From the NCBI GenBank assembly GCA_035285125.1, contig JAYKHR010000155.1, positions 1 through 64,000 on the forward strand: a DNA stretch of 64,000 nt, read 5' to 3'. Positions within the stretch are counted from its first letter, which is position 1; each line of letters opens with the position of its first letter. Both the position numbers and the translations under genes were made by a program. Of this stretch, positions 17,510 to 26,807 are shown one piece after another. The notes beneath the pieces were generated by a model. The model did not search any database. It was not told where the DNA came from and saw nothing but the letters and a program-made list of their open reading frames with translations. This DNA is from Candidatus Sericytochromatia bacterium. GTDB taxonomy: Bacteria > Cyanobacteriota > Sericytochromatia > S15B-MN24 > JAQBPE01.

Positions 17510-18892
17510 TCAGAGCATCCCGAGCGTGATGCTGGGCTCGAGCGCGACGATCAGAGAATCTCGGACCTTCCGCCACAACTGCTCGGGGGGCTCGAAGCCC
17601 ACCTCCAGCGTGACGATGGGGATGCCCAGGGAGTTGGAGGCGTGCTGCCCCAGCGACCCGGGGGTCTCGTAGCCGATGTGAGGGAGCAGCCTGTAGCCGT
17701 TCGACCGGGACATCGCGCGGGCAATGGGGGCCGCGGCGGCACCGTCGTAGTTGTTGCAGGCCATGTGGGCGTGGAACGCGACGATGAGCGCGGGGCGCTC
17801 CGCCTCGATGACCCGGACGAGCGTCTGGCTCTCAGGCTCGGAGAGCGGCCTTGGTCCGCTGAAGAACCGGCCCCGAACCGTCGGCCGCCACCGGGTGGGG
17901 AAGTTCCGGTTGAGGTCCACCCCCGCGAGGTTGGTCCGAATGCGGTTGGCGACACCATCCGGGTTGGCGTTCGGGATCGCCAGCAGCCGGTTGCGCGTCA
18001 GCAGGTGCTGGAAACGCGGCGACTCGCGCAGCAGGCGGTGGATGACGTCCGTGCCCTGAGGCTCGTCGCCGTGGATGGACCCGACGAACAGCACGGCCCG
18101 ATCGCCCGTGCCGACCGAGGCAAGGTGGATGGGCAACCCCCGCTTGGAGCGCCCCACCTCGCGCAAGCGATTGCCGGGTTCTTCGCGGCGTGCCACGGGG
18201 GTGAGGGTTGGAAGGGGGGCGGAGGCCACGGTGGCCTGGGCAGGCGTGCCCCTGCGGGCCTGGGGCTTGACCTCGGCCTGGACCTGGGGCTGCAGCCGGG
18301 CTTGGGGCTGAGCCGGCGCGACGGGTTGCGTCCGCGGGGCCCGGGGCTGGGTCTGTGGGAACAGGGCGACCACCGCGCTCTTGCCCTGCCGCTGCGCCAG
18401 ATCCCGCGCATTGAAGCCCCAGCGGGTCTTCCGGAGGGGGTCGGCGCCGTAGTTGAGCAGCAACCGCACGACGTCCGTGCGCCCCTCCCACGTGGCCCAC
18501 TCGAGCGCCGTGTAGTCGTGCTTCTCGCGGGCGTCTATGTTCGCGCCGCGCATCAGCAAGACCTCTGTCAAGCTGGAGTGGCCCTGCTGGGCAGCCCAGA
18601 TGAGGGCGGTGTAGCCGTTCTCATCGGTGGCTTCCAGGTCGGCGCCTGCGGCCAGCAGGGCCAGCACGGCACGTTTGTGCCCCTGCTGGGCTGCCAGGAT
18701 GAGGGCGGTGTTGCCGTGTTCGTCGCGCGTGTCGAGCGGAACGCCCGCCATCAGACACCGGTGGAGGCCCGGCATGTCCCCCTCGGAGGCAGCCAGCAGA
18801 AGCTCAGAGCCCGACTGCGCCACTGCCACAGGCGCCGAGACGGCGACAATCGCGGCAAGCAGAGAGGAGATGAACAGGCGTTTGGCAGTCAT
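17510..18892 (-). CDS. Secreted ankyrin-repeat + M14 zinc peptidase (MpaA-like murein peptide amidase) fusion
   Basis: Signal peptide; 4-5 ankyrin repeats (GNTALILAA, GYTALIWAA); HGDE, NPDG, DLNRNF, SEPE, FHA, TPGSLG, TLE. Confidence 0.85.
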   Translation of the reverse strand: MTAKRLFISSLLAAIVAVSAPVAVAQSGSELLLAASEGDMPGLHRCLMAGVPLDTRDEHGNTALILAAQQGHKRAVLALLAAGADLEATDENGYTALIWAAQQGHSSLTEVLLMRGANIDAREKHDYTALEWATWEGRTDVVRLLLNYGADPLRKTRWGFNARDLAQRQGKSAVVALFPQTQPRAPRTQPVAPAQPQARLQPQVQAEVKPQARRGTPAQATVASAPLPTLTPVARREEPGNRLREVGRSKRGLPIHLASVGTGDRAVLFVGSIHGDEPQGTDVIHRLLRESPRFQHLLTRNRLLAIPNANPDGVANRIRTNLAGVDLNRNFPTRWRPTVRGRFFSGPRPLSEPESQTLVRVIEAERPALIVAFHAHMACNNYDGAAAAPIARAMSRSNGYRLLPHIGYETPGSLGQHASNSLGIPIVTLEVGFEPPEQLWRKVRDSLIVALEPSITLGML

Positions 18893-19005
18893 GGCTGGCT
18901 TGGTGCTTGGTCGCTGGGAGGGAAGGCTGGCGGCGTCTGACTACATAATGAAGCATTTGCTGCCAGCCGTTTGTGACCCTTGCACCAACCGACAGGCTTG
19001 CCTGT

Positions 19006-19014
19006 AGCATAACA
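19006..19014 (-). promoter_or_regulatory. Extended -10 promoter element
   Basis: TGTTATGCT on minus strand upstream of the ankyrin/M14 gene. Confidence 0.45.
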
Positions 19015-19043
19015 CCGACGCCTCCCTTCTGGGGAGGGCGCCG

Positions 19044-22000
19044 TCATCCCGGCGGCCCCCACATCCGCGGGTTCATGCGCGGCGCGGACACGCTGCGGGC
19101 CACCTGGCGCGGCAGGCTGAAGGCAATGAAATTGCCGGTGTCGACGCGGTGCACCTCGACGGGGGCCAGGGCGGCCTCACGCTCCTCGGGCGAGAGCCCC
19201 TCCAGCGTCGCGTGGAGCAACGCCTGAGCCTCAGCAGCCCAGGCCGCAGCGTGCGCGTCATAGGGGGCTGATGCGGCCCGACCGAACAGGGCCAACGCGC
19301 CCAGAACGGGGACCTCGAGGTCGCGGGCGATCGCCACGGCGGCCGCGAAGTCCTCGTCCGCCGTGGCCGCCTGGGTCGCGAGGGCCCACTCCCCCCGCAG
19401 CGTCAGCGCGGTGGCCTCAGCGTGCCTGACGCCGAGCTCGCGCGCCAGGCCCAGGGCCTCCTCCGCCGCGGCCAGGGCCTCAGCCCAGGTTTCCTGCTGC
19501 AAGGCCAGGCGGCCACGCAGCAGCAGCGCCCGGAGCTTGACGCCGCGGGCCAGGGAGGCCTCGGCCACCCCCAGAGCACGCGCCACGTACTCCGCCGCCT
19601 CGGCCGGCGCCCCCGCCCTCACGAGGTTCTCAGCCCACAGCAGGCAGAGGCGCCCCTGGGGCTCCAGGTTGCCCGTCTCGACCATCAGGGTCTGCAAGGT
19701 CTCTGCCACGTCCATGGACTCCCAGTAGCGCCCCATGCCAGCCAGGGCCTCGGCCTGCAGGGCACGCATCCGGATTTCCCGCCCCTGGTGGATTCCCGCG
19801 TTGGCCTGGTCGAAGGCCACGCTGATGAGGGCCGTGGCCTGAGCAGGCTGCCCCAGCCAGACGGAGGCCACGGCCTCGGCCATCAGCGCGCTGCCCAACA
19901 GGAAGCTGGACCCCAGCCGCCCAGCCTCCTCTGCCGCTGCGCTCGCCAGCGCCTTGGCCTCCTGGAAGGCGCCCAGCTCGAGCGCCGTCAACGCCATCGA
20001 GGTGTCGATGCCACACGCTTCGAGGGCATCTCCCACCTCGTCGGCCAGGCCGCGGGCGCGCTCAAAGAGCTCCCTCGCCCCGCGTGCATCGCCTGTGGCG
20101 AGCCGGGCCTGGCCGAGCACCGAGAGGGCCCGCAGGGAGCCGCGGCGGTCGCCAAGACTCGTCAGGAGGGAGAGGGCCTCGGAGCCCGCCGCGATGCCCG
20201 CCTCGACGCCTTCGGGCAGCCACGTCAGGTGGGCGTAGCCCTGCTCGGCGAGGGCCTCCGCGAGCACGGCCAGATCATCGGAGTGGCGCGCGAGCGCCAC
20301 CGCGTCAGCAAGCCAGGCGAGCGCATCAGCCGTGCGGCCAGAGTCCCCGGCCGCGCGTGCCGCCAGCAGCCGGGCCCGCGCGGCGCCCCCGTGGTCGTGC
20401 GCATCCAGGGCGACACGATGGGCGCGTTCTGCGATGGCCAAAGAGGCCGCCAGGTCCTCCACCCCGTGCTCCGCCGCGCTGGCCCCCAGCAGGGCCCGCC
20501 CGAGCAGGAAGCGGTCCCCGATGGCCTCCGCGAGGGGTATAGCCTCGCGGAAGGCGGCCCGAGCCGGCTCCAGGTGCCCCTGCAGCAGTTGCACCTCTCC
20601 GAGGGTGCGGGCGAAGGCCAGCGCCAGGTAGGTATCGACACCGACCTGTTCGGCCCGGGCACGTCCGGCTTCAAGGTACCTGGCCGCATCCTCGAGGGCT
20701 CCCAGCGCGGCCAGTCGCTGCCCTGCCTCCAGGGCAGCCCGCACCGCGAGGGCAGGCTCGTCGCCTTGCAACAGGTGGTCCGCGGTCGCGGCGAGCACCT
20801 CCAGCGGCAGCTCCCCGAAGGCCATGTCACCCGCCCGACGCCGCAGGGCCCGGGCGATGCGGCCGTGAAGCTCGCGCACGCGGGGCGGCTCCAGATCACC
20901 CAGCACGACCCGTTCGAGGGGACCGCGCACCAACCCCCAAGAGCCGTTCTCCCAAGCGACGAGGATCTGCTCCCGCAGCAGGACGTCGCAGGCGTCGAGG
21001 AACGCCACGTCTTCCAGCCCGGACACCTCCCGCAGCAGCTCGAGGGTCGAGGGCCTGGCCATCAAGGCCGCCGCCTGGGCCACCAGCCGGGCGTCGGTGG
21101 ACAGCTCCACCAGCTTGGCGGCGACCAGGGCCTCGATGCCGACGGGTACGCGGTCGCGGGAGAGCTCGGCGTTGAGGCGCCAGTGGCGGCCGTCCTTGGC
21201 CAGCACGCCGGAGCGCACCAGGAACTCGAGGAGGATCTCGACGTGGCGCGGGTTCCCACCTGACAGCTCCGACACGTGGCGCAACAGCTCAGGTTCCGGG
21301 CTCGCGGTGCCCAGCATGGACCCCACCATCCGCCCCAGCCCCGCAGGCGACAGGGCGCCGAGCGGCACGGTCGTCGCGGCCTCGCGCCAGGTGCCCGGCA
21401 CCTCGCCCTGAGAGGTCAGCAGCAGCAGCAGCGCGGCGTCATCCCGGGCCCGCATGAGCGTGTCGAGGACCTCGAGCGTGAGCGGGTCTGCCCACTGCAT
21501 GTCCTCGATCACCACCACGGTGCCACGAACGCGCGACAGCGCCAGGATCGCCTCGGCCAACGCGGCGTGCAGCCGGGCACGCTCGCTGGCCGCATCGAGT
21601 TCTGGCGTTCTCAAGACGGCGATCTCGGGAAGGAGCTTGCCCAGCACCGGCGCCAGCGCATCGAGGTACAGCCCGATGTGCTCGCGCATCGCTGGCAACA
21701 GCGCCCGCAAGATGGCCACCAGCGGGCCATAGGGGGACCGGGCGTGTTGCGGGTTGCGGGCCTCGGCAAACGGCAGGTTCTCCAGGCGGGCGTTGAAGGC
21801 GAACTCGGAGGCCAGCCGGCTCTTGCCGGAGCCGGCGGGGCCCGTCAGCCACATCACCGCCCCCCGCTTGCCGGACGTGACGCGCGCCAGCTGGACGAAC
21901 AGCCTCGCCATCTCAGCCGCCCGCCCCACCATCGGGGAGGTCAGTAGGTTGCCTCCGATGCCGGGGGGCGCCTCATAGCCAAGGGCGGCCATGACCTCGT

Positions 22001-22784
22001 CGGCAGACTGGTAGCGGTCCAGGGGCTCCTTGGCAAGCAAGCGGGTCACCACCTGCGCGTGCCTCGGTTCGACCCCGGGCACGGCCTCCGCAAGGTCCGG
22101 CGGCGGCGCCTCGATGTGGGCGCGAAGCACGTCTCCTGGCCGAGCCCCGGTGAAGGGCTGGGCCCCGGCAAGCATCTCGTAGGCCAGCACGCCGAGGGCG
22201 TACAGATCCGTGCGGCGGTCGATCAGCCCGCGGCGGATGACCTCGGGGGCCAGGTAGGCCAGCGTGCCGCGGACGGGGCCCCCGCTCTGGCCGGCATACC
22301 CCATCAGGCCATAGTCCATCAGCTTGACCACGCCGTCCGGGCGCAGCCGCACGTTGGCGGCCTTGATGTCGCAGTGGACGAGGCCGCGGGCATGCACGTA
22401 GCTCAGCGCGAGCAGGAGCTGCGAGAACACGCTGTCGAACGTCTTGCCCGCCAGGCGCCCGACCTCGTCGAGCCCCGCCCCAGGGATGTGCTCCATCGTC
22501 ATGTAGGGGGTGTCGTCGGCCAGCACCCCGTAGCCGTGGACCTCGCAGCAGTTCGGATGACGCAGCTGCGTCATCAGCCTGAACTCCTGGATGAAGTCGA
22601 GGAGGCTCTTCTCGCGCCCCCGCGGGGCCGGGGCGCTGCCGCCGTCGAACAGGCGCTGCGCGATGGCCTTCAGGGCGACGCGTTGGCCATTGGTGGTGTC
22701 CTCGACGAGCCACACCTGCCCCATGGCGCCCTCGCCGAGCAGGCCTTCGACACGGTACCGGTTCGCCAGCAGCTCCCCCACCAT
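19044..22784 (-). CDS. Ser/Thr protein kinase - STAND-type (AAA_16) ATPase - TPR protein
   Basis: GEGAMGQV, VALK, HCDIKAANV, DYG, GTLAYLAPE; Walker A GPAGSGKS, Walker B VVVIEDMQWAD, GGNP; long helical repeat tail. Start may be TTG 22808. Confidence 0.9.
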   Translation of the reverse strand: MVGELLANRYRVEGLLGEGAMGQVWLVEDTTNGQRVALKAIAQRLFDGGSAPAPRGREKSLLDFIQEFRLMTQLRHPNCCEVHGYGVLADDTPYMTMEHIPGAGLDEVGRLAGKTFDSVFSQLLLALSYVHARGLVHCDIKAANVRLRPDGVVKLMDYGLMGYAGQSGGPVRGTLAYLAPEVIRRGLIDRRTDLYALGVLAYEMLAGAQPFTGARPGDVLRAHIEAPPPDLAEAVPGVEPRHAQVVTRLLAKEPLDRYQSADEVMAALGYEAPPGIGGNLLTSPMVGRAAEMARLFVQLARVTSGKRGAVMWLTGPAGSGKSRLASEFAFNARLENLPFAEARNPQHARSPYGPLVAILRALLPAMREHIGLYLDALAPVLGKLLPEIAVLRTPELDAASERARLHAALAEAILALSRVRGTVVVIEDMQWADPLTLEVLDTLMRARDDAALLLLLTSQGEVPGTWREAATTVPLGALSPAGLGRMVGSMLGTASPEPELLRHVSELSGGNPRHVEILLEFLVRSGVLAKDGRHWRLNAELSRDRVPVGIEALVAAKLVELSTDARLVAQAAALMARPSTLELLREVSGLEDVAFLDACDVLLREQILVAWENGSWGLVRGPLERVVLGDLEPPRVRELHGRIARALRRRAGDMAFGELPLEVLAATADHLLQGDEPALAVRAALEAGQRLAALGALEDAARYLEAGRARAEQVGVDTYLALAFARTLGEVQLLQGHLEPARAAFREAIPLAEAIGDRFLLGRALLGASAAEHGVEDLAASLAIAERAHRVALDAHDHGGAARARLLAARAAGDSGRTADALAWLADAVALARHSDDLAVLAEALAEQGYAHLTWLPEGVEAGIAAGSEALSLLTSLGDRRGSLRALSVLGQARLATGDARGARELFERARGLADEVGDALEACGIDTSMALTALELGAFQEAKALASAAAEEAGRLGSSFLLGSALMAEAVASVWLGQPAQATALISVAFDQANAGIHQGREIRMRALQAEALAGMGRYWESMDVAETLQTLMVETGNLEPQGRLCLLWAENLVRAGAPAEAAEYVARALGVAEASLARGVKLRALLLRGRLALQQETWAEALAAAEEALGLARELGVRHAEATALTLRGEWALATQAATADEDFAAAVAIARDLEVPVLGALALFGRAASAPYDAHAAAWAAEAQALLHATLEGLSPEEREAALAPVEVHRVDTGNFIAFSLPRQVARSVSAPRMNPRMWGPPG

Positions 22785-22889
22785 GCGATGCGACACCCCC
22801 TCAGGCAATGGACCGGGGCCATTGTCTCATCCGGCGTGGCGTGACGCAACGTGGGGCGGGGGTATGAGGATCGCGGAGGCAAAAGGCGG

Positions 22890-24473
22890 ATGTTGGATCG
22901 CTGGATCGCGCGGCGGCGGGTGCCCCCGAGCCAATTCACGCAGGCGCCTGCCGGGCCTGGCACGATCGTCAGCGAGGCCACCGGCCGGATCGCCGTGGTG
23001 GCCGAGGGCCCCGCGTGGGCAGCGAGGGTGGGCGCCGCGCTGGACGCATCCCACCCTCGCTGTGAACGGCTGGTGGCGCTGACCCCCGAGGAGTGGGGCG
23101 ACCTCGCCGCGACCACCGGCAGCCTGGAGGTCGTGGTCGTGGTGCCACCGGCCGACCCCAACCGGGTGACGCGGCTGTGGGAAACGCTGGCGGCCCTGCG
23201 GCCGATGCCGGCCTTCGTCGTGCTGGCCCTCACCGAGGCCACCCCCCGGTTGCCCAGCGGGCTCAGGCCGGTCACGTGGCTCCAGGGCCCCGACGAGGCA
23301 GTCGCAGGGGCTGTCGCGGACGCCCTCGAGCGCGTGACCCGCGCCAGGGCAGAGGCCGCCCGGGACCTGCGAGACCTGCTGGACGATCCGAGCCCCATGC
23401 CCCACCGGGCCTCCCGCCCCCTCGTGGAGCTGCTGCGAGCCCGCACGCTGTCCCCCGCCGAAGAGTGCAGGTGTGCCGAGGCCCTGGAGGCCATGGTGGA
23501 CAGCCTGCCGCTCGTCACGCGCCAGGAAGCTCTGGAGCTCCTCGCAACCCGCGCTGCGGAGTTGCTGGACGAGTTCGGCTTCACGCACGGCCTCGCCCGG
23601 CTCGATGCGCTGACCAGCGGCGCGGCGAGCCAGACGGCTCACTGGGTGAAGCTTCGGGAGGAGCTAGCCCCGCGGCTCCACGCGGCCATCGATCGCCAGC
23701 TGGAGCACGCCCGGCTGCAGCGCCGCCTGGGCCACCACGCGGGCGTGATCGCCGTGTGCGACGCGGTGGATGGCCAGCTGGCGAACATCCTGCCCGCCGG
23801 GTTCCTGCGGGCAGACGCCCAGCGCCACCTGGGCCACCTGGCGGAGGCCACCGAGACCTACATGCGACTGGCGGACGTGCTGGCGATCGCAGGCGAGACC
23901 GCCCACGCCACGCGCGTGCTGCGGCACGCAGGCTCCCTCGACGTGGAGGGCGTGGCCGAGTCACGCATCGCGGCAAAGCTCGAGGCGGTCGCCGAGGCAG
24001 AGGCCGTCACCTCGGGCCAGGCGTCTGCCTGCCGCTGGCCGACGATGTGGATCTGCGGCCGCGCGATGTGCCGGGAGGTCGCCGAGGAGAGCGGGGGCCT
24101 CTGGCGTCACGACGCCTCGGAGGCCTGCGACGTGTGCGACTGGGGGGTGGTGGGTCGCACCGAGGCGCTGCTTGGCCTGACGGTGGGCATCGTGGGAGGG
24201 GGCCTGGGACGGCCCTACCGCGAGGCGCTGCTCAGACTCGGGGCCCGCGAGGTGCGCCACCACCACGGCGTCGAGGCGCCGGAGGCCGTCCCCGGGGTGC
24301 TCGAGGGCGCAGACGCCGTCGTGCTCGTGGGCGGGGCGGCCATCCACGCCGGGCTCCTCCGGGCGGAGCGGCTGCTGCTGACCACCCCCCGGCCGACCGC
24401 GCGGGTGCGTTTCCACGGCGTGCGCCAGGTCGTGCGCGCCGTGGCGCTGGAGCTGGCGCCGAGGCTCAGCTGA
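22890..24473 (+). CDS. Hypothetical protein with helical/TPR-like region, Cys cluster and C-terminal DUF2325-like Rossmannoid domain
   Basis: GGAGG RBS; CRWPTMWICGRAMC..CDVC; C-terminal VGIVGG..YREALLRLGA..HHG..ADAVVLV..IH pattern. Confidence 0.6.
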   Translation: MLDRWIARRRVPPSQFTQAPAGPGTIVSEATGRIAVVAEGPAWAARVGAALDASHPRCERLVALTPEEWGDLAATTGSLEVVVVVPPADPNRVTRLWETLAALRPMPAFVVLALTEATPRLPSGLRPVTWLQGPDEAVAGAVADALERVTRARAEAARDLRDLLDDPSPMPHRASRPLVELLRARTLSPAEECRCAEALEAMVDSLPLVTRQEALELLATRAAELLDEFGFTHGLARLDALTSGAASQTAHWVKLREELAPRLHAAIDRQLEHARLQRRLGHHAGVIAVCDAVDGQLANILPAGFLRADAQRHLGHLAEATETYMRLADVLAIAGETAHATRVLRHAGSLDVEGVAESRIAAKLEAVAEAEAVTSGQASACRWPTMWICGRAMCREVAEESGGLWRHDASEACDVCDWGVVGRTEALLGLTVGIVGGGLGRPYREALLRLGAREVRHHHGVEAPEAVPGVLEGADAVVLVGGAAIHAGLLRAERLLLTTPRPTARVRFHGVRQVVRAVALELAPRLS

Positions 24474-24529
24474 GGAATGGCAGGCGTCGGCCCCGGCCGG
24501 CAAGGAGGACGTCGGACCAGGCGCCCAAG

Positions 24530-24836
24530 CGCTGCCACCTCGTGCCCCTGCTGGCCTGGCCCGCCCTCGTGGTGGCCTGCTCGGCGGCGGCGCCCGCTTT
24601 CCGGGCCCCAGGCGCTACCGCCTGCAGCTGGGAGACGCTCCGGTGGCGGGTGGGCGCGTCTTCCTGGCGGACGAGGCCGGGAGGCCAGTGCCGGGCGTGC
24701 GCGAGGCGCAAACGGATGCGGCTTCTTCCAGGGGGTGGCGTCCGAGGTCACCGGGCTCGCCTTCTCCCCGGACGGCAGGCGGTTCGCCACCACGGACGGC
24801 ACCAAGGTCCGGGAGTGGGACGTGGCGCTGCCGTGA
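24530..24836 (+). pseudogene. Probable frameshifted remnant of a WD40-like lipoprotein
   Basis: Signal/lipobox-like VPLLAWPALVVAC, GRVFLADEAG and VTGLAFSPDGRRFATTDGTKVREWD lie in three different + frames. Confidence 0.4.
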
Positions 24837-24858
24837 GGGCCGGCCCCAGGCCGGGCCC

Positions 24859-24888
24859 TTGACAAACTAGTTCGACGTAGAACATTAT
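24859..24888 (+). promoter_or_regulatory. Sigma70-type promoter with overlapping inverted repeats
   Basis: TTGACA-N18-CATTAT; spacer holds AACTAGTT palindrome and GTTC-N6-GAAC. Confidence 0.5.
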
Positions 24889-24952
24889 AGGGCGCCAGCT
24901 GGCACCCCATCGTCGAACCCGCCGCGCCCCTCTAGAAAAGGAGACCGAGCCC

Positions 24953-25573
24953 ATGCGCTCCCACCGTCCCGCCGCCCTCGCCCTCAGCGCCCTGCTGATG
25001 GCGGCGTCCCCCGCCCTCGCGGCCCCCCGCTCCTTCGCCGTCGAGCAGGACGTGCACAGCACCAACGAGGTGAGCTTCACCTCGAAGGCCGCGATCGTGA
25101 AGTTCGTGGGCCGCACGGCCAAGCTCGAGGGCGAGGCGCAGCTCGACCCGGCGAACGTCGCCAAGGCCTCCGGCAAGGTCATCGTGGACCTGGCGAGCCT
25201 CGACACGGGGATCAGCCTGCGCAACGAGCACATGCGTGGCGCGCTGGAGGTCGAGAAGTTCCCGCGCGCGGTGTTCTCCTTCAGCGGCCTGAAGGTGCCC
25301 GGCAACAAGCTCGTCGCGGACAAGCCCGTGCGCGGCATGGCCACGGGCGAGATGACGCTCCACGGCAAGGCACGCACCATCACGGTGCCGGTCGAGCTCA
25401 CCTTGCTGCCGCAGCAGGACGCGAGCTACCGGTCTGGTGACTGGGTCCACGTCGCCTCGCAGTTCAAGCTGAAGGTGACGGACTACGGGGTCCAGTTGCC
25501 ACAGGGCGTCTTCGGGCTGAAGGTGGCCGAGGAGATGGAGATCGCCATCGACGGGATGGCCCGCGCGCGCTGA
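24953..25573 (+). CDS. YceI family polyisoprenoid-binding protein
   Basis: Signal peptide; VDLASLDTGISLRNEHM, EKFPRAVF, GEMTLHG, TDYGV; AAAGGAG RBS. Confidence 0.9.
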   Translation: MRSHRPAALALSALLMAASPALAAPRSFAVEQDVHSTNEVSFTSKAAIVKFVGRTAKLEGEAQLDPANVAKASGKVIVDLASLDTGISLRNEHMRGALEVEKFPRAVFSFSGLKVPGNKLVADKPVRGMATGEMTLHGKARTITVPVELTLLPQQDASYRSGDWVHVASQFKLKVTDYGVQLPQGVFGLKVAEEMEIAIDGMARAR

Positions 25574-25616
25574 GCGCTGCGCCAGGCGGCCTGGGGGTGG
25601 CGTCGCCCACGTCGGA

Positions 25617-25625
25617 TGCTAGAAT
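25617..25625 (+). promoter_or_regulatory. Extended -10 promoter element
   Basis: TGCTAGAAT 34 nt upstream of GTG 25659. Confidence 0.5.
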
Positions 25626-25658
25626 GAGCGGCCTACCTCGCCACCCTCTGGAGGCCCC

Positions 25659-26807
25659 GTGCGTCAAGCCTGGCTCGCCCCCCTCCTTACTTTTGCGCTC
25701 CTGAGCGGTCCCGCTCTGGCCGCGGAGCCCCGCTTCAAAACCGACGTGTTTCGCACGGCGGCCGACTTCTCCCACGCGCGAGGCCTCGGCACGCGGCTCG
25801 ACCAGAGGGTCTCGGGGTGGCGCCTGCAAGACCACCCGGAGGGGGGCTACCTGCGAAGCGGCACCGTGACGCTGGGAGACCTGCACTACGGCTGGGGCTT
25901 CCGGGAGGCCGTGGTGTCGTGGAACGCCGACTGCCCGCCAGGGACCTGGATCCGGCTCGAGGCGGCCGTCAGCCCGGACGGCGGCGAGACCTGGTCGGAC
26001 TGGCTGGAACTCGCCCGCTGGGGCGACAGCGACACCCTGAGCTGGTCGTCCACGCCCCGGGGGCCCTCCAAGCACGACCTCGCGCGCGTCAACGAGGACA
26101 CGCTGGAGCCCACCGGGGTGGCCGATCGCCTTCGCGTCCGCGCGACGCTCTGCTCGGACCGGCCAGGCAGCACGCCCGTGCTGGAGCTGGTGGCGGTGGC
26201 GGCCACGAACAGGCAGGCCCATCCGGAGCCGGACGATCGGCGCGGCGCGGCCTGGGGCAAGGAAGTCCGGGCCACCCACCGCGCCCAAAGCCTGGAGAAG
26301 GCCGACCGAAGCTACAGGGTGTGCGGCCCCACCTCGGCGGCCATGGCCCTGGCGGCCCACGGCGTGGTGCTCCCGACCCAGGACGTCGCGAGGCGCTGCT
26401 GGGACGCCGTGAACGGCATCTACGGCAACTGGCCGTTCCTCGCTGCGGCCGCGAGCGACGTGCTACGCGGCACAGAGGCGCACAGGGCAGCCGCGAAAGG
26501 CCGCGAGAAGGCCCACGCCGCCTGGGTCGCCTGGCCCCCCGACTGGAAGGGCGTCGAGGACGAGGTCGCCGCCGGGCGCCCGTGCATCGTGAGCATCCGC
26601 TTCAAGGAAGGTGAGCTTCCTGGGGCGCCGACGGCCAGCTCTGCGGGGCACCTGATCCTGGTCACGGGCTTCACGGCCAAGGGCGATCCCATCGCGTTGG
26701 ACCCGGCCGCACGTCGCCCCGAGGCCGGCCGCATCGTCTACGGCCGCCAGGCCCTCCACCGGGCTCGGCACGGGGGGCCCGTGATCGTGGTGCATCCTCA
26801 TGAATGA
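25659..26807 (+). CDS. Secreted peptidase C39-like (papain-fold) protein
   Basis: Signal peptide; Q..CGPTSAAMAL (Cys), YGNWPF, GHLILVTGF (His), DPA (Asp); N-terminal VSWNAD beta-sandwich. Confidence 0.82.
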   Translation: MRQAWLAPLLTFALLSGPALAAEPRFKTDVFRTAADFSHARGLGTRLDQRVSGWRLQDHPEGGYLRSGTVTLGDLHYGWGFREAVVSWNADCPPGTWIRLEAAVSPDGGETWSDWLELARWGDSDTLSWSSTPRGPSKHDLARVNEDTLEPTGVADRLRVRATLCSDRPGSTPVLELVAVAATNRQAHPEPDDRRGAAWGKEVRATHRAQSLEKADRSYRVCGPTSAAMALAAHGVVLPTQDVARRCWDAVNGIYGNWPFLAAAASDVLRGTEAHRAAAKGREKAHAAWVAWPPDWKGVEDEVAAGRPCIVSIRFKEGELPGAPTASSAGHLILVTGFTAKGDPIALDPAARRPEAGRIVYGRQALHRARHGGPVIVVHPHE

